DNA of 62,440 nt, filler included, from Basidiobolus ranarum (Eukaryota): assembly GCA_040143965.1 (NCBI GenBank). It is 30 parts of 30 records of this genome, joined end to end, with 100 filler letters (N's around TTAATTAATTAA, not from the genome) between each part and the next. Parts side by side here need not be neighbours in the genome. Positions count along the whole stretch, not along the records: positions 10,464 to 12,454 come from JASJQH010010843.1; positions 12,555 to 14,545 come from JASJQH010010844.1; positions 14,646 to 16,636 come from JASJQH010010845.1; positions 16,737 to 18,726 come from JASJQH010010846.1; positions 18,827 to 20,816 come from JASJQH010010847.1; positions 20,917 to 22,904 come from JASJQH010010848.1; 24 more parts are not named here. The stretch is one strand, 5' to 3'. The notes under the pieces were generated by a model, which was not told where the DNA came from, did no database searches, and saw only the letters and a program-made list of their open reading frames with translations. Made by a program: the position numbers and the translations under genes. Of the stretch, positions 10,855 to 23,004 are shown in pieces (position 1 is the stretch's first letter; each line of letters starts with the position of its first letter).

Positions 10855-12454
10855 AAGTATGAGAGCTTAGGCAAAACAACTGGAAACTATTTGTGCAACT
10901 TGACCGGAAAAAGATGTCATTATTACTCTTTTAAGTAGTCTACCACAGCAGTATTCAAACTTGGTCACAGCTTTGGAAGGAAGATCTGACAAGTTGCCTT
11001 TGAAGTCTGTAGTGGTAAGGCTAATGGATCAACACCTCAGAAGTAAGAATTTGGCAAAAGAATCTGAGGAAGTGGCTCTTTTTGGAGCTGGAAAGCATAA
11101 CTTTGGCAAGTACAAAGATTACAAACAAAGGAAACCATGTTTATACTATGGTTGTAACAAACCAGGACCCCAGTTAAAGATTGCAAATCAAGAAATTACA
11201 ACAAATATGAAATGTCAGAACAAGTAAATCTGGTTTCAACCAAAGAGAAAGTTTTGTTCATTTCTGCCCTATCAGTGATCTCTGAACAAGACTGTAGGTT
11301 GTGGTATATTGATTCTGGGGCCTCTCAACATTTCTGTAATCAAAAAAACTGGTTCAAGACACTTGAAACTGATATAAACAAGAAGATTTATATGGAGATG
11401 AGCAGCCACTAGAAGCACTGGGAGTGGGAGAAATTGAGGTGGACTTGTGGGTCATCTCTGGGGACATGAATTTGACACTAAAAAATGTGATATATGTGCC
11501 TGGGATAGCAAAAAAATTGCTCTCAGTGTGTAAAGCCACATCTAAGGAACATGGTTAGAATTTTGATCACAATGGCTGTGCAATCAGGGTTCAAGAAGGG
11601 AATTACACAGCTTATGGAGCTAAGCAAACAACTTGAATAAATGTCATTATATTAGGTCATTATATGAGCAAGTTAAACTACCACAGCTGAAGAGATAGCT
11701 TTGAAAATCTGGCATAGGAGATGGGTTTGTCTAGGAGCTGAAAATCTGAGAAAGTCAATTCAAACAAGATGGTTTTGGGATTAAATATTATAATTCTGCC
11801 AGATCTGGAGCCATGTGAAGGTTGCTTATATGATAGGCAACATAGACAGCCATTTGTGGGCTCTGGAATGAGCAAAATTGATCAAAAATTGTGTCTCATA
11901 CCCTCAGATCTGTGTGGCACAATGCAGACAAAATTCTAGGGCAGAAAAAGGTTTTTAACCTTAATTGATGACAAGACAAAGTATACTTGGGTATGATTTC
12001 TGGCCAGTAAGGTTGTAGCCATTGATACTTTCAAGAAGTTAAAAGCAACAGTGGTGACTGAAACCGGTCTAAAGATTCAGATTATCCATACTGATATGGA
12101 GGGGAATATATCTCAATACCCTTCTCTAACTTCTCCCAACACATGGGATAAAGCAGCAGACTACAGAGCCATATTCCCCACAGCAGAATGGAGTAGCAGA
12201 ACATGCAATTTGACAATAAAGGAGAAAGCAAGATCAATGCTTCATGATCAAGATTTACAAAGACAATTCTGGGTTGAATTGATTGCCACTGCAGTATAAA
12301 TTAGGTACAGATGTCCTTCCAGCTTTCTAATGGCTATGCCACCATATCAAGCTTGCTTTGGAAGTAAACCTGATGTGGCTAATCTCTTAGTTTGGGGACG
12401 TATCGCATATGCAATGAGTACCGACCTGTAGAGATCAAAATCATAACAAAAAAG
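10855..12454 (+). mobile_element. Degenerate Ty1/Copia gag-protease-integrase
   Basis: TLLSSLP..LVTALEGR, a zinc-knuckle remnant, WYIDSGASQHFC (protease), CEGC, SDLCG, IDDKTKYTW, QQNGVAE and ARSML. Many stops. Confidence 0.9.
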
Positions 12455-12809
12455 NNNNNNNNNNNNNNNNNNNNNNNNNNNNNNNNNNNNNNNNNNNNTT
12501 AATTAATTAANNNNNNNNNNNNNNNNNNNNNNNNNNNNNNNNNNNNNNNNNNNNGGATATATAGTGGATTATGGCAAGTAACAAGTGTGACTGCTTGTAC
12601 AGATCTATTATTATTCTTTGTAGCTGCGATTACAGTAATGTTAACTGAAGTGTGGCCAAGCAACATGGAGAAAAGTCAGCTCCAAGGAGCAAGCCACTAG
12701 ACAGGTATTTCAGCTTAAGGTGTATGACCACATTACAGCAACAAAGGCCAACTGCTAGAATTATTGAATGTTACACTTTGTTGAATGAAGATCTGACACC
12801 TAAGAGTAA

Positions 12810-13200
12810 GCTACAAAGACAGCAATCCATTCCAATGCATACCCCCACAAGACCAAGACAATGTGTGTTTCAGAGAGATAGTGAAGCTCTTACTGAGCTT
12901 GAAGAAGCCACAATAGTCAAATACAAACCTCAAGATAGACAATATATTCCAATGCATTCTGCAATGGAACAGAGGTCATGGCCAGTCAAAAGAAATGAAG
13001 CTTCTACCATGGCTGAAGAGGCAAGAACTACCAAACACAATCCTCAAGGTAGATGACTTGCTCCAACACATATTGCCATGCAACTGTGGCCACAGCCAGT
13101 CAAAAGAGATGAAGCTTCTACTGTGGATCAAGCATCAATAACTGTTGGGCACAAACCTCAAGTGAGACATTCCAGGTTGACATGTAGAACTGTGTGTCAG
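12810..13200 (+). repeat. Degenerate 114-bp (38-codon) tandem repeat, about 3.5 units
   Basis: The anchor aa(a/t)cctcaag occurs at 12925, 13039 and 13153. The translated unit resembles PVKRNEASTMAEEARTTKHNPQGR. Confidence 0.7.
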
Positions 13201-13213
13201 CAGCAATGACTGG

Positions 13214-14545
13214 CCCTAACAAAAATAAAAACAATTTGCTCTGGATTGGATCCACCCTTCTAAATCATAAAACCATCAGAGAACTATCACAATATTGGTG
13301 GCTTGCATTCTGCCAGGGATTTTGATGGTATGATGGCAGTTTCTTGACAGTAATTTGACAGTATTTGTACATGTTAAAATTTTGATCCTCATATTCGGCA
13401 TGTGTTATTAATTTCTGGCAATTTTTGCAAAAAAATAATTTTTGAATAGCAAATTACTGGGTTTACTGCTGTAGAAGCTCAAATAAATGTGCATGCCTTT
13501 ATTTGAATATTTTTGGCTTTGTATTCCAGCCATAATGAGAGTCAAAAAATACGACAATCTTGTTGTGTTTAGCCACTGCATATGCACTAACTTGACTCAT
13601 CAGACATAACTCAACAACATCAATATGCTTTACCTGCAAACTAATGGGGGAAAAGCTGCTAAACATCTGAAAATTTGATTAGCACTGACACTTGGCAAAT
13701 AGCTGACTCTTGTTACTGCTCACAATGAGAATAAGCTCTTGGATTTTGGCAAATATCCATAAAGAATTCAGCCAATATATCCCTGACTTGCAGTTAACAA
13801 ATGTCCTGCCACAATTAGATATGTCATTGCTCAAATAGATAACCCCATGGATAAAACAAAAAAACTGTGCATCTTGATCTATCTCACCAAGAAGTCTGTC
13901 TTGTAGCTTTCCAAGAAATACCATCAAATTATTAAACAAACAAATTAGTCCGCATTACAGAGGTACTTACTCTGTGTCCATGGATTGGGCTTTATTGCTG
14001 TCATTGTGCTCAACCAATGCAAAAGTCCATGATCATATTGAAAAGAGCCCTTTGTTGGAAGCTTAAAATACTCTGGAGTCTCCTTAACCCATCACATTAC
14101 ATCCATCACTGATTATGCTGATACATTGTTAATCAGATTGCCAAATGGTAATACTGACAATTTCATATGGAGCATCATTACACCACAGGTGCACTCTATT
14201 GGGAGCTCCCAGAATGTATAGCAAGGGCCTATAATCCTTAAGTATTGTGATACATGCAGCAGGGAATGTGTTGGATACCTGCATAGATTCAGTGTATCTT
14301 CTTTAAACCTGTAATAGAGTTTTTCAAATCCAATAACAAAATCTTTGCACAGTTGCTGTATTGGGCTGAGATCTGCCAATGTGAGTTGATGCTGTAAGAA
14401 TATATTAGCAATATTGACAAATAACTCCCAATGCTGCCAATACTTATCAGGTAGAAATTTTTTCAAGATTCCACTTGAATATATACAACTCCAATACTGC
14501 CCGTCGTTGCATTTGAATTAACACCTAGCTGAGTGGATATCAATG
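13214..14545 (-). mobile_element. Element C: transposase C-terminal half (DUF4218-like) and right terminus
   Basis: YWQHWELFV...FVIGFEKLYY...HSLLHVSQYLRIIGPCYTFWELPIECTCG. CCCTAACAAAAAT at 13214. Confidence 0.85.
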
Positions 14546-14645
14546 NNNNNNNNNNNNNNNNNNNNNNNNNNNNNNNNNNNNNNNNNNNNTTAATTAATTA
14601 ANNNNNNNNNNNNNNNNNNNNNNNNNNNNNNNNNNNNNNNNNNNN

Positions 14646-14893
14646 AGAAAGTTGACATTTATAGTTTTGTCAAGATGTAAACAAACTAACATGTAGAATG
14701 TGTTAAGGAAGGTCCCAGGAACATGTGTGCAAAGTTTGGGGCTTCTAGCACAAGTTATCAAAATCTATATATCTGAGAACTTCGAAGTAAATTCCTCATG
14801 AGAATAATGGATAATATCTTAGTGAAATATAAGATAACTAAGTACTAAGCTATATATGACTATATAGGTGTTTAGGCAATGCTAATTTCAACA
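14646..14893 (-). repeat. Copia LTR family A, partial
   Basis: Ends gctaatttcaaca, the reverse complement of TGTTGAAATTAGC. Confidence 0.85.
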
Positions 14894-15074
14894 GGTTTTA
14901 CCCAGTCATTCATGTGCTGCTCATTTTTATCCTTTTTATTCATGTCACTACGTAGCTAGATGGAATAACTAATAGCAGTAAGAGCAATGAAGAGTGAACC
15001 AGCATTATGAACGTATATTGTTGAGACTGATTATTAAATAAAAACGGATGTCAAAAGAGTAGGTTGCCAGGTTG

Positions 15075-15323
15075 CTACAGTAATTCCTCAGAGTCAATTT
15101 TGCCTTCTAAAAATACTCGCGCGTCGTTTCCTTGCTTTGCATAATGATATATGTACTCAAACTCCAGGCTAGGTAGGTGCATGTACGATAGTGAAGGCTT
15201 AGAAGTAGGTTCTAAAGAATGTAGATCTGCCTTGTAGCCCTCGACTGGCTCCAAAGAAAAAAACGGAATACCCTTTACGCTAAATAATAATGACAGTAAC
15301 GTGACGAGTGACAACATGCGCAT
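15075..15323 (-). CDS. Putative small secreted protein (82 aa)
   Basis: MRMLSLVTLLSLLFSVKG|IP looks like a signal peptide. TATATATA lies about 35-45 nt upstream and CpG content is normal. No recognised domain. Confidence 0.4.
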   Translation of the reverse strand: MRMLSLVTLLSLLFSVKGIPFFSLEPVEGYKADLHSLEPTSKPSLSYMHLPSLEFEYIYHYAKQGNDARVFLEGKIDSEELL

Positions 15324-16185
15324 TTTCTGTAGATATAGATCAATTGGAGATTCGCAATATATATACGCTGTCAAAAGAAGTTGTAGAGCATGCAAAGTGT
15401 ATGCTGTGTTATGTAGTGTAAATTATTTTCATGATATTTGAAGAACACCAATGATGCTATGTCACTTGATCTAACCAAGGTTGGCTACCTCATACAGGTG
15501 AAGTTGTTTCTGGTAATGCGCATTTTGATGTTGTAAACCAGATTTCGCCGAAACTAAGCCAGACAATCAGTTTGCGCCGTCAATTATTTAGTGCGAATTG
15601 TGACTTAATTTCAGGGCTGGAATGAAACTCCATACAGATCGTCTTCCCAGCTGTATATTAAAAAGACATGATTTGACTACAATTAATGAGCTAACCTGTA
15701 TCACGAAGAGTCTTGGACCTCACCATAAAGTTACTACCTCATAAGCGCACAGTTTGGATTGGCCAATATGAAACCATAGTTCAGCCAACAATTCGATACA
15801 CTCTCTACCGTCAGGTTTCTTAGTATTTCGAATTAACTAGCAACACTAACGAGATTCGCGAATACACTGCCAGTGGATGTGGACCACTTATTTTTTGGGT
15901 GGGATATGCTAACCTCTATTTTCGCTTCAGAGCTTTGTTCAGTCATCGACAGATTTAAAGGGAAAATTACTAGAGTATTAGATTGTAATAAATGCGATGT
16001 AACCCCGTCGACCACACACAGGACATAAATGATGGTTTTCTCAAGGAATCACTTGTTGATGCCAAGATTGCTTCGTCATGATTATTGCCGCGGAAATGAT
16101 AAAATCAATGCACAGAAGGGTTCTACAATGAAAGCACAAAATAATAGTTTTATTTCCAGGGGAAGTGTCAAATGAATTTGGATGC

Positions 16186-16636
16186 TTAACGATAACGTCT
16201 AAGGGATAAAGTGTTTCTCTTGATCCAGTTATTGCGTCTACCAGAACCAATGGTCTTGTTGAAAGCATGACCCTTACCATGGCCTCTGTTCTTCTTACCA
16301 ATGGCAGTAAGACCACGGGCTTCACGGCGTTTGTGAACAGGGTTACAGATCCAGTTGATACGGGCATCACGACGGATAGCCTTGTGAGAAGGATCAACGA
16401 GAATAATCTCGAAGTATTTGTAGGTAGAATCCTGGTTGACCCAGTATGAGTTCAAGACTCTCAAATTGGCACACTTGCGACCAACACGCTCTTCGGCAGT
16501 AGCACGAAGGGAACGTTGGTATTTAAGATGGTTGATACCTTGGTTGACAGGCTTACCAAATTGAGCACCCTTGGAAACAGGTCTCTTACGGTTACCACGA
16601 CGAACACGGATACGATAAATGACATATCCCTGCTTA
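16186..16636 (-). CDS. RPL15: 60S ribosomal protein L15 (eL15), 5'-truncated
   Basis: [20 protein letters not shown]...[44 protein letters not shown]...NTLSLRRYR*. Confidence 0.98.
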
Positions 16637-16736
16637 NNNNNNNNNNNNNNNNNNNNNNNNNNNNNNNNNNNNNNNNNNNNTTAATTAATTAANNNNNNNN
16701 NNNNNNNNNNNNNNNNNNNNNNNNNNNNNNNNNNNN

Positions 16737-17549
16737 ACTCATAATGAGGAAGGGGCGATCTAAGCCACGATCTACTACTGGACCCCAGAATGAACCATCA
16801 AAATTGGCACCTCCAATAATGCGAGTGTCATTGAGCATGATGGCTGCTGCTGCCGCACCTCCGAGAGAATGGCCGAACACAACTACCTTACGAACATCCA
16901 GTCTGTTGTGTAATCCAGGAATTTTTCTTCGTATATGTGACGTACTCATTTGGTCAAGTACAAAACTAGCATCTTGGGTACGAACGCCCAATGCTTCATT
17001 TATCTGCTCAACGGTTAAATCTCCTCCAAGAACTCCGGTAATCAACTTCCCATCAGGTAATTCCACAACATCCGCATCATAAGGGTGATCTATAGAAACT
17101 ACAAGATAGCCACGACTTGCAACATCCGATAATAACGATGTATACAGGTGCCGAGTTGTTGATAAGGCAGGTGAAAAGATCACTACTTGTGGGTTGTAAA
17201 CAGCTATAGGTGCACCTATATAAGCCTGTGTTTGAATACTTTGTAGTGTATTGTTGGGTAACCCAAACGCCTGGTTCTCAAACTGAGCAGTACCTTTAGG
17301 CATATACGGGGAAACAGGATAACGGTGGGTACCCTTTGCAGGGTAGAAAACTTGCATCATTATGGTACGCTTTTGTGAATCTGGTGCATATGGATCAACT
17401 CGATTATGATCAGTTAGCATAATCTCAACAGTCCCAACCTTGAACTTTCCTGATGGATCTGGCAAAGAGAATTGTGAGGACACACCCTCCATGAAGGCTA
17501 TGGAAGCAGTAAGCAAGGTTACTACAGTAAAAACTTTAATTTTCATCAT
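16737..17549 (-). CDS. Secreted PAF-acetylhydrolase-like alpha/beta hydrolase, 3'-truncated, no intron visible
   Basis: Signal peptide, LPDPSG..VG, ASRGYLVVSIDHPYDA, nucleophile GHSLGG and NFDG. Confidence 0.9.
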
Positions 17550-18617
17550 TGAATTCAAAGACAGAAGGACTGTTCTAACTTTGATTCATATGAATATCTA
17601 GAGCAAAGAGAAAATATTTACTTCTTGGCAGCGTTCTGAACTTGGCCAAATTAAATCAACTGAGCAGAGTGTCGTAACTATATTGAATGATTTATTACCG
17701 AGCAACTTGCTTATTTGAACGTGACTTGGTCTACTATATTCAGTAAACGAATCATGCTTATTATGATTAGTCATGAAGGAACTTGAATACTGCTTAGGGT
17801 TAGGGCTAATACACTTTTACTCGTACTACCAATGATGTAAGATTTAGAGTACCTCAAACCATATACTGCCTAGTTATAAGTGTAAAATAAATATATATAA
17901 TAACCTTAATGTTACTTGGCTTTCCAGTACCATTTATGTATTTGGATTTGGTGTTTACGAAGTCTAGTGATAGACGATAAAATTTCCACACGTGTGAAAG
18001 TAGTATTTGAACATAAGCGAACACTCTAAAACGCTTGGCGAACTGAATTCCTTCATTTAGTGTAGACCATATAGTATTTATCATATCTAATTCCGCAATC
18101 TCTAGCAGGACACATGTTCAAAGCGGCACCCATGTCAGATGATTCACTGGTGCTATCTTGCCATTTAGTTCTGGATCAGGTCGCTGCAAAGTTCCTCAAA
18201 TCATTTACCAATCAAAATGGCATTGACAGTAAACAAATACTGAAATTCCTTAATGTTCAACTTAAGATATTTCTCATCTCTGGGTAGGTTTTGTGTACAG
18301 TTACTCGCAACATAAACGATATCATATGTACCTCTTTATTTCAAGCTAACTCTAATACTACCATTAGAAGTGCATCTGAATGATTGAAGAATTACCTCGT
18401 AGACTCTTCTTTGGTACATGCTGGTAGAAATTGAATGCTATAGCATGATAATGATTTAGGACTTTGTGATTGGAGCATAATTTACATCGAATCACTTAAT
18501 ATACACAAGCTCTACAAACACACATTCTTAATTATGAACTCAAAATGGGTATCTTAAAGGGAATTTTTGGTTCAATAAATTGTGTACTACAAATTCTCAG
18601 ACATTGTATCATGTATG

Positions 18618-18726
18618 TGTTAAAGTATTTGGGAGCCTGTTGGAAGTGGTTTGGAGAATTAGAGGAATTGGTGGTTTTCACTTATTGATTTATTGAGTAG
18701 AAAGTTGACATTTATAGTTTTGTCAA
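18618..18726 (-). repeat. Copia LTR family A, partial
   Basis: tgttaaagtatttgggagcctgttggaag..., the same as the other A copies. Confidence 0.85.
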
Positions 18727-18826
18727 NNNNNNNNNNNNNNNNNNNNNNNNNNNNNNNNNNNNNNNNNNNNTTAATTAATTAANNNNNNNNNNNNNNNNNN
18801 NNNNNNNNNNNNNNNNNNNNNNNNNN

Positions 18827-19430
18827 TGCATGTCTTTAGCTAAAAATCCGAAATTTCATGCTAGAAGTAAGCACATTGACATTCAACATCACTTTGTTAG
18901 GGAAGCTATTGAGAATAAGCATGTCCAACTGGAGTACTGTCCAACTGAGGACAAGATTGCTGACATCCTTACCAAACCATTACCCAAGCCAAAGTTTGAA
19001 GAATTAAGATTTAAGTTAGGATCAAGATATATGAATATTTAGATGAGTAGGAGTATTGAAGTTTATTGTCTGTATCATATTTGTTATCTCTATCTTTATA
19101 CACCTAACTATTTCATATATCACATATAAGTTAGTAACATTACTTGGTCAAATATCACTTAGCTGAAAATTGGAACGTATATTATATTTATATGTGAATA
19201 ATGTGAGAATTAGCAATTCCATATTGGAAATTTCAAATTCATCCAAATTTTCCCAAAGATAGCTCACCTTACTCCCACAGATGTTCTGAACACAACCCCA
19301 GTGTTAGTTTTCTTTATTTCCACAAAAATGTATAAATGCTTTATTTCTGGACAATAAATGATTATCTCACAAAGCTATTCATAACTCCACTTTTCTAAAG
19401 TTCCTCCAAACAGCCCATATTACCCCAATA
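18827..19430 (+). mobile_element. Copia family G 3' end: RNase H C-terminus, PPT (about 19041-19053) and LTR from 19054
   Basis: NPKFHARSKHIDIQHHFVRE...IADILTKPL. The LTR recurs inverted at 20981-21366. Confidence 0.9.
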
Positions 19431-19624
19431 CTCCTGCATTCTAGCCTCTTGTTGCAATACCAGTCCTTGTTTAGTTCCCTATTGTGACACCAATATCTTA
19501 AAAATTAGAGATCTGATAAAATCATAGCTGTTAAGTGGATTTTCAGACATTTGAAAGGTACTGTGGATTTGAGCTTAAAATACACATATCTTCTCTGAAA
19601 GGAGCTTTGCTTGACAAAACTTAG

Positions 19625-20038
19625 ACTTCTAGCACAAGTTAGAAAAATCTATATATCTGAGAGCTTCTAAGTTGGTAAAATATTCCAAGTAAATTCCAAT
19701 TGTCAATAATGAACCATATTTTAGTGAGTTATATGATAAGTATGTACTAAGCCATATACAACTATATAGGTGTTTTGGCAATGCTAATTTCAACAGTCAA
19801 GATGTAAGCACACTACCTGCAGAATGTGTTAAGGAAGGTCCCAGGAGCATATGTGTAAAGTTTGGTGCTTCTAGCACAAGTTTGAATAGTCTATATATCT
19901 GAGAACTTTTAAGTTGGTAAAAATATTCTGAGTTAATTCCAATTGAGAATAATGGATAATATCTTAGTGAATTATAAGATAACTAAGTACAAAGATATAT
20001 ATAACTATATAGGTGCTTAGGCAATGCTAATTTCAACA
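19625..20038 (-). repeat. Two stacked partial LTR-A copies (19625-19795 and 19796-20038)
   Basis: Both end gctaatttcaaca, and the second abuts RNase H sequence. Confidence 0.8.
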
Positions 20039-20727
20039 AGTATATGGCTGTCTGTGAAACAACAAAAGAAGCAATATGGTTAAGAAAACTCTTGAAAGAT
20101 TTAGGTTATTCTCAAGATTCACCAACTACAATATTTCAAGATAATCAAAGTTGTATCAAATTAGCTAAAAATCCCACATTTCATAATGGAAGCAAGCATA
20201 TTGATGTTGGACTGCATTGCATTAGAGAGACTATAGAAAATATGTTGTAGGCTTAACTTCTTGTTCTACAAAAGACTTGATTTTTGATATATTAACTAAG
20301 CCATTAGCTAGATGGAAATTTTGAGAAATTGGGACCTTCCTTAGGATTAGTTTATATGACCATTTAGTTGAGAGAAAGTGTTGCAATTAGCATTGCTTAA
20401 ACAACTATATGGTCATATAAAGCATAGTACTTAGTTATCTTATAATTCATTAAGATATTTCCCATCATTCCCAATTGGAATTTACTGGAAATATTTTTAC
20501 CAACTTTGAAGTCCTCAGATATATACATTTCTTGAAACTTGTGCTGGAAGCTCCAAACTTTGCACACATGTTCTTGGGACCTCTGTTAACACATTCTGCA
20601 TGCTTGTCTGTTTACATCTTGACAAAACTATAAATGTCAACTTTCTACTCAATAAATAAATACATAAAATCCATCAATTTCTCTAATTCTCCAAACCACT
20701 ACCAACAGATTCCTAAATACTTTAACA
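20039..20727 (+). mobile_element. Copia family A 3' end: RNase H, PPT (about 20370-20378) and complete 3' LTR (20379-20727), followed by element C sequence
   Basis: YMAVCETTKEAIWLRKLL...NPTFHNGSKHID. LTR ends TGTTG...TTTAACA. Confidence 0.9.
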
Positions 20728-20916
20728 AATATTCAGTCTGGTGTTGATCATGCAGATGTCTGGGAAGAACTTAATACAGAGTATCACAATGTTGTGGGGT
20801 TTTCACCAGATAGCTCNNNNNNNNNNNNNNNNNNNNNNNNNNNNNNNNNNNNNNNNNNNNTTAATTAATTAANNNNNNNNNNNNNNNNNNNNNNNNNNNN
20901 NNNNNNNNNNNNNNNN

Positions 20917-22416
20917 AGCTCTTTGTTGGAAGGTTAATATACTCTGGAGTCTCCTTAACCCATTGCATTACATCCATCACTGATTAAATACTGGGAAAAT
21001 ATGGGCTGTTTGGAGGAACTTTAGAAAAGTGGAGTTGTGAATAGCTTTTTGAGATAAATATTTATTGTCCAGAGATAAATCATTTATACACTTTGGTGGA
21101 AATACAGAAAACTAACACTGGGGTTATGCTGAAAACATCTGTAGAAGTAAAATGAGCTATCATTGGGGCAATTTGGATAAATTTGAAATTTCCAATATGG
21201 AATTGCTAATTCTCACATTATTGACATATATATATAAAATATGTTCCAATTTACAGTTAAGTGATATTTGACTAAGTAATGCTAACTAACTTAGATATGA
21301 TATATGAAATAGTTAGGTGTATAAAGATAGAGATAACAAATACGATAAAGATAATGAACTTCAACATTGTACTGATACATTGTTAATCAGATTAGCATAT
21401 GGTAAAACTGACAATTTTGCATGGAGCATCATTTTACAACAGGTGTGCTCTATTGGGAACCACCAGAATGTATAGCAAGGGCCTATAATCACTAAGCATT
21501 GCAAAAGATGCAGCAGCAAATGTATTGAATACCAGCATAGATTCAGTCCATCTTCTTTAAACCTACAATAAAGTTTTTCATATCCAATTACAAAATCTTT
21601 GCACAGTCACTGTATCTGCCTGAGATCTGCCAAAGTGAGTTGAAGCTAAAAGAATATGTTAACAATATCAACAAACAACACCCAATGTTGCCAATATGTA
21701 TCAGGCAGAAATCTTTTCAAGATTCCACTGGATTATAAACAAACCCAATACTTCCAGTCTGTGCATTTGAACAAATGCCTGGATGAGTGGATATTGATTG
21801 GTGTCCTGGTCAAATATGATGGTGTCTTGATATTTTCAAGCATTTTCCTAATTGATTTAAACTTTGATCCTATCTCAAATGGCTCATTGATATTGAATTT
21901 TCCACTATATAGCTGAGTAAGCAGTATTGGAATGTCATTGAATAGTAAGAGCATAGTGCCTAATGGGAAGCTCTGGCTCCAGCTTATCCCCTTTAGCAAT
22001 ATAATCTTAGGCTTATGGCTAATACCAAGTTTGAGGTTAGACTGACTATTTGATGAATTGATATCAGTGATCATGTTGAAATGTAACCAGGCTCTTGATG
22101 GTAGAATCATGGAGTTTAGTGTTATATTTGGATAGTAGTAATGCATATGCTTGATAGAGGAAACTCCATTCATTTGACAAAATCTACAGTAAGATAGTGC
22201 ATTGCCCTGGCAAAAACCTCCAAATTTACTGATGGCAGGAGTGTCACCATTACATACAATGATATCAGCTTTAATAAAATATTCACCCATCTGAACCCCA
22301 TTAGGTAACCATTCAAATTGTGAAATCAAAGGCTCCAAGAAGCTCTCTATAAGCACTGGTGATTTAGGTCTAGATATGATGGATAGTATCAAAACATGAT
22401 GACTCTTATACCATTC
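20917..22416 (-). mobile_element. Element C transposase core (Transposase_21/Tnp2-like), interrupted by solo LTR-G (20981-21366)
   Basis: PKSPVLIESFLEPLI...NGV...GDTPAISKFGGF...CRFCQMNG...FPLGTM. Confidence 0.85.
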
Positions 22417-22684
22417 CCCTAACAGAAATTTGAGGATTGTTATTTTAGGAAAACCATCACAATTTAAATCCATTTGGGATTGACCATTTACCTACTGTTA
22501 TAAAATTGTCAAGTTAGATTTGATTTTAATCAATTTTTTCAGTTTCAGGAGTGAAATTTTAAGATCTTGCAAAATAGCTGCACATGATTGGCTACAATCT
22601 CAGAGAACTATGGATCAACACATGTGCAAAAAATGTAACTCATATATTACACAATTACCACTTGAACACTAATTTGTTACCTTA
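22417..22684 (+). mobile_element. Element C left terminus inserted into another C transposase
   Basis: CCCTAACAGAAATTTGAGG begins in mid-transposase. Confidence 0.8.
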
Positions 22685-22904
22685 GAGGGATGAAAAGCAC
22701 CAGATGGTGTGGACTTTATTTAGCTAAAATACTAATCTAAACAAAGTGACAATCAATACATTAATCTTTTAAGATATTGTGACAATACTGGATCATATCC
22801 ATACTTAACCTGATGACCAATGTAATCAAGTTCAGAGGCTGTAAATATAGTGCTAAGGGGCAAAGGTGGTAAGCAGAAAGAAAGGTACTCAGTACAAACC
22901 AGAT
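22685..22904. repeat. Unclassified repeat family H
   Basis: Reverse-complement match to about 31860-32065, with a shared end (G/A)GGGATGAAAAGCACC. Confidence 0.65.
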
Positions 22905-23004
22905 NNNNNNNNNNNNNNNNNNNNNNNNNNNNNNNNNNNNNNNNNNNNTTAATTAATTAANNNNNNNNNNNNNNNNNNNNNNNNNNNNNNNNNNNNNNNN
23001 NNNN

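Noticed and set aside
13920..13970. Possible short intron in the element C transposase (GTAAGT...GACTAAT on minus)
   Set aside because: No clear AG acceptor, and only one copy covers the region.
14646..18726. Apparent gene neighbourhood of RPL15 and the PAF-AH gene, and other cross-spacer neighbours
   Set aside because: They are on different contigs ordered only by length, so no linkage can be inferred.
21733..22473. 246-aa ORF as an intact gene
   Set aside because: It is chimeric: the first ~19 codons come from an inserted element C terminus at 22417, and the rest is a broken transposase.
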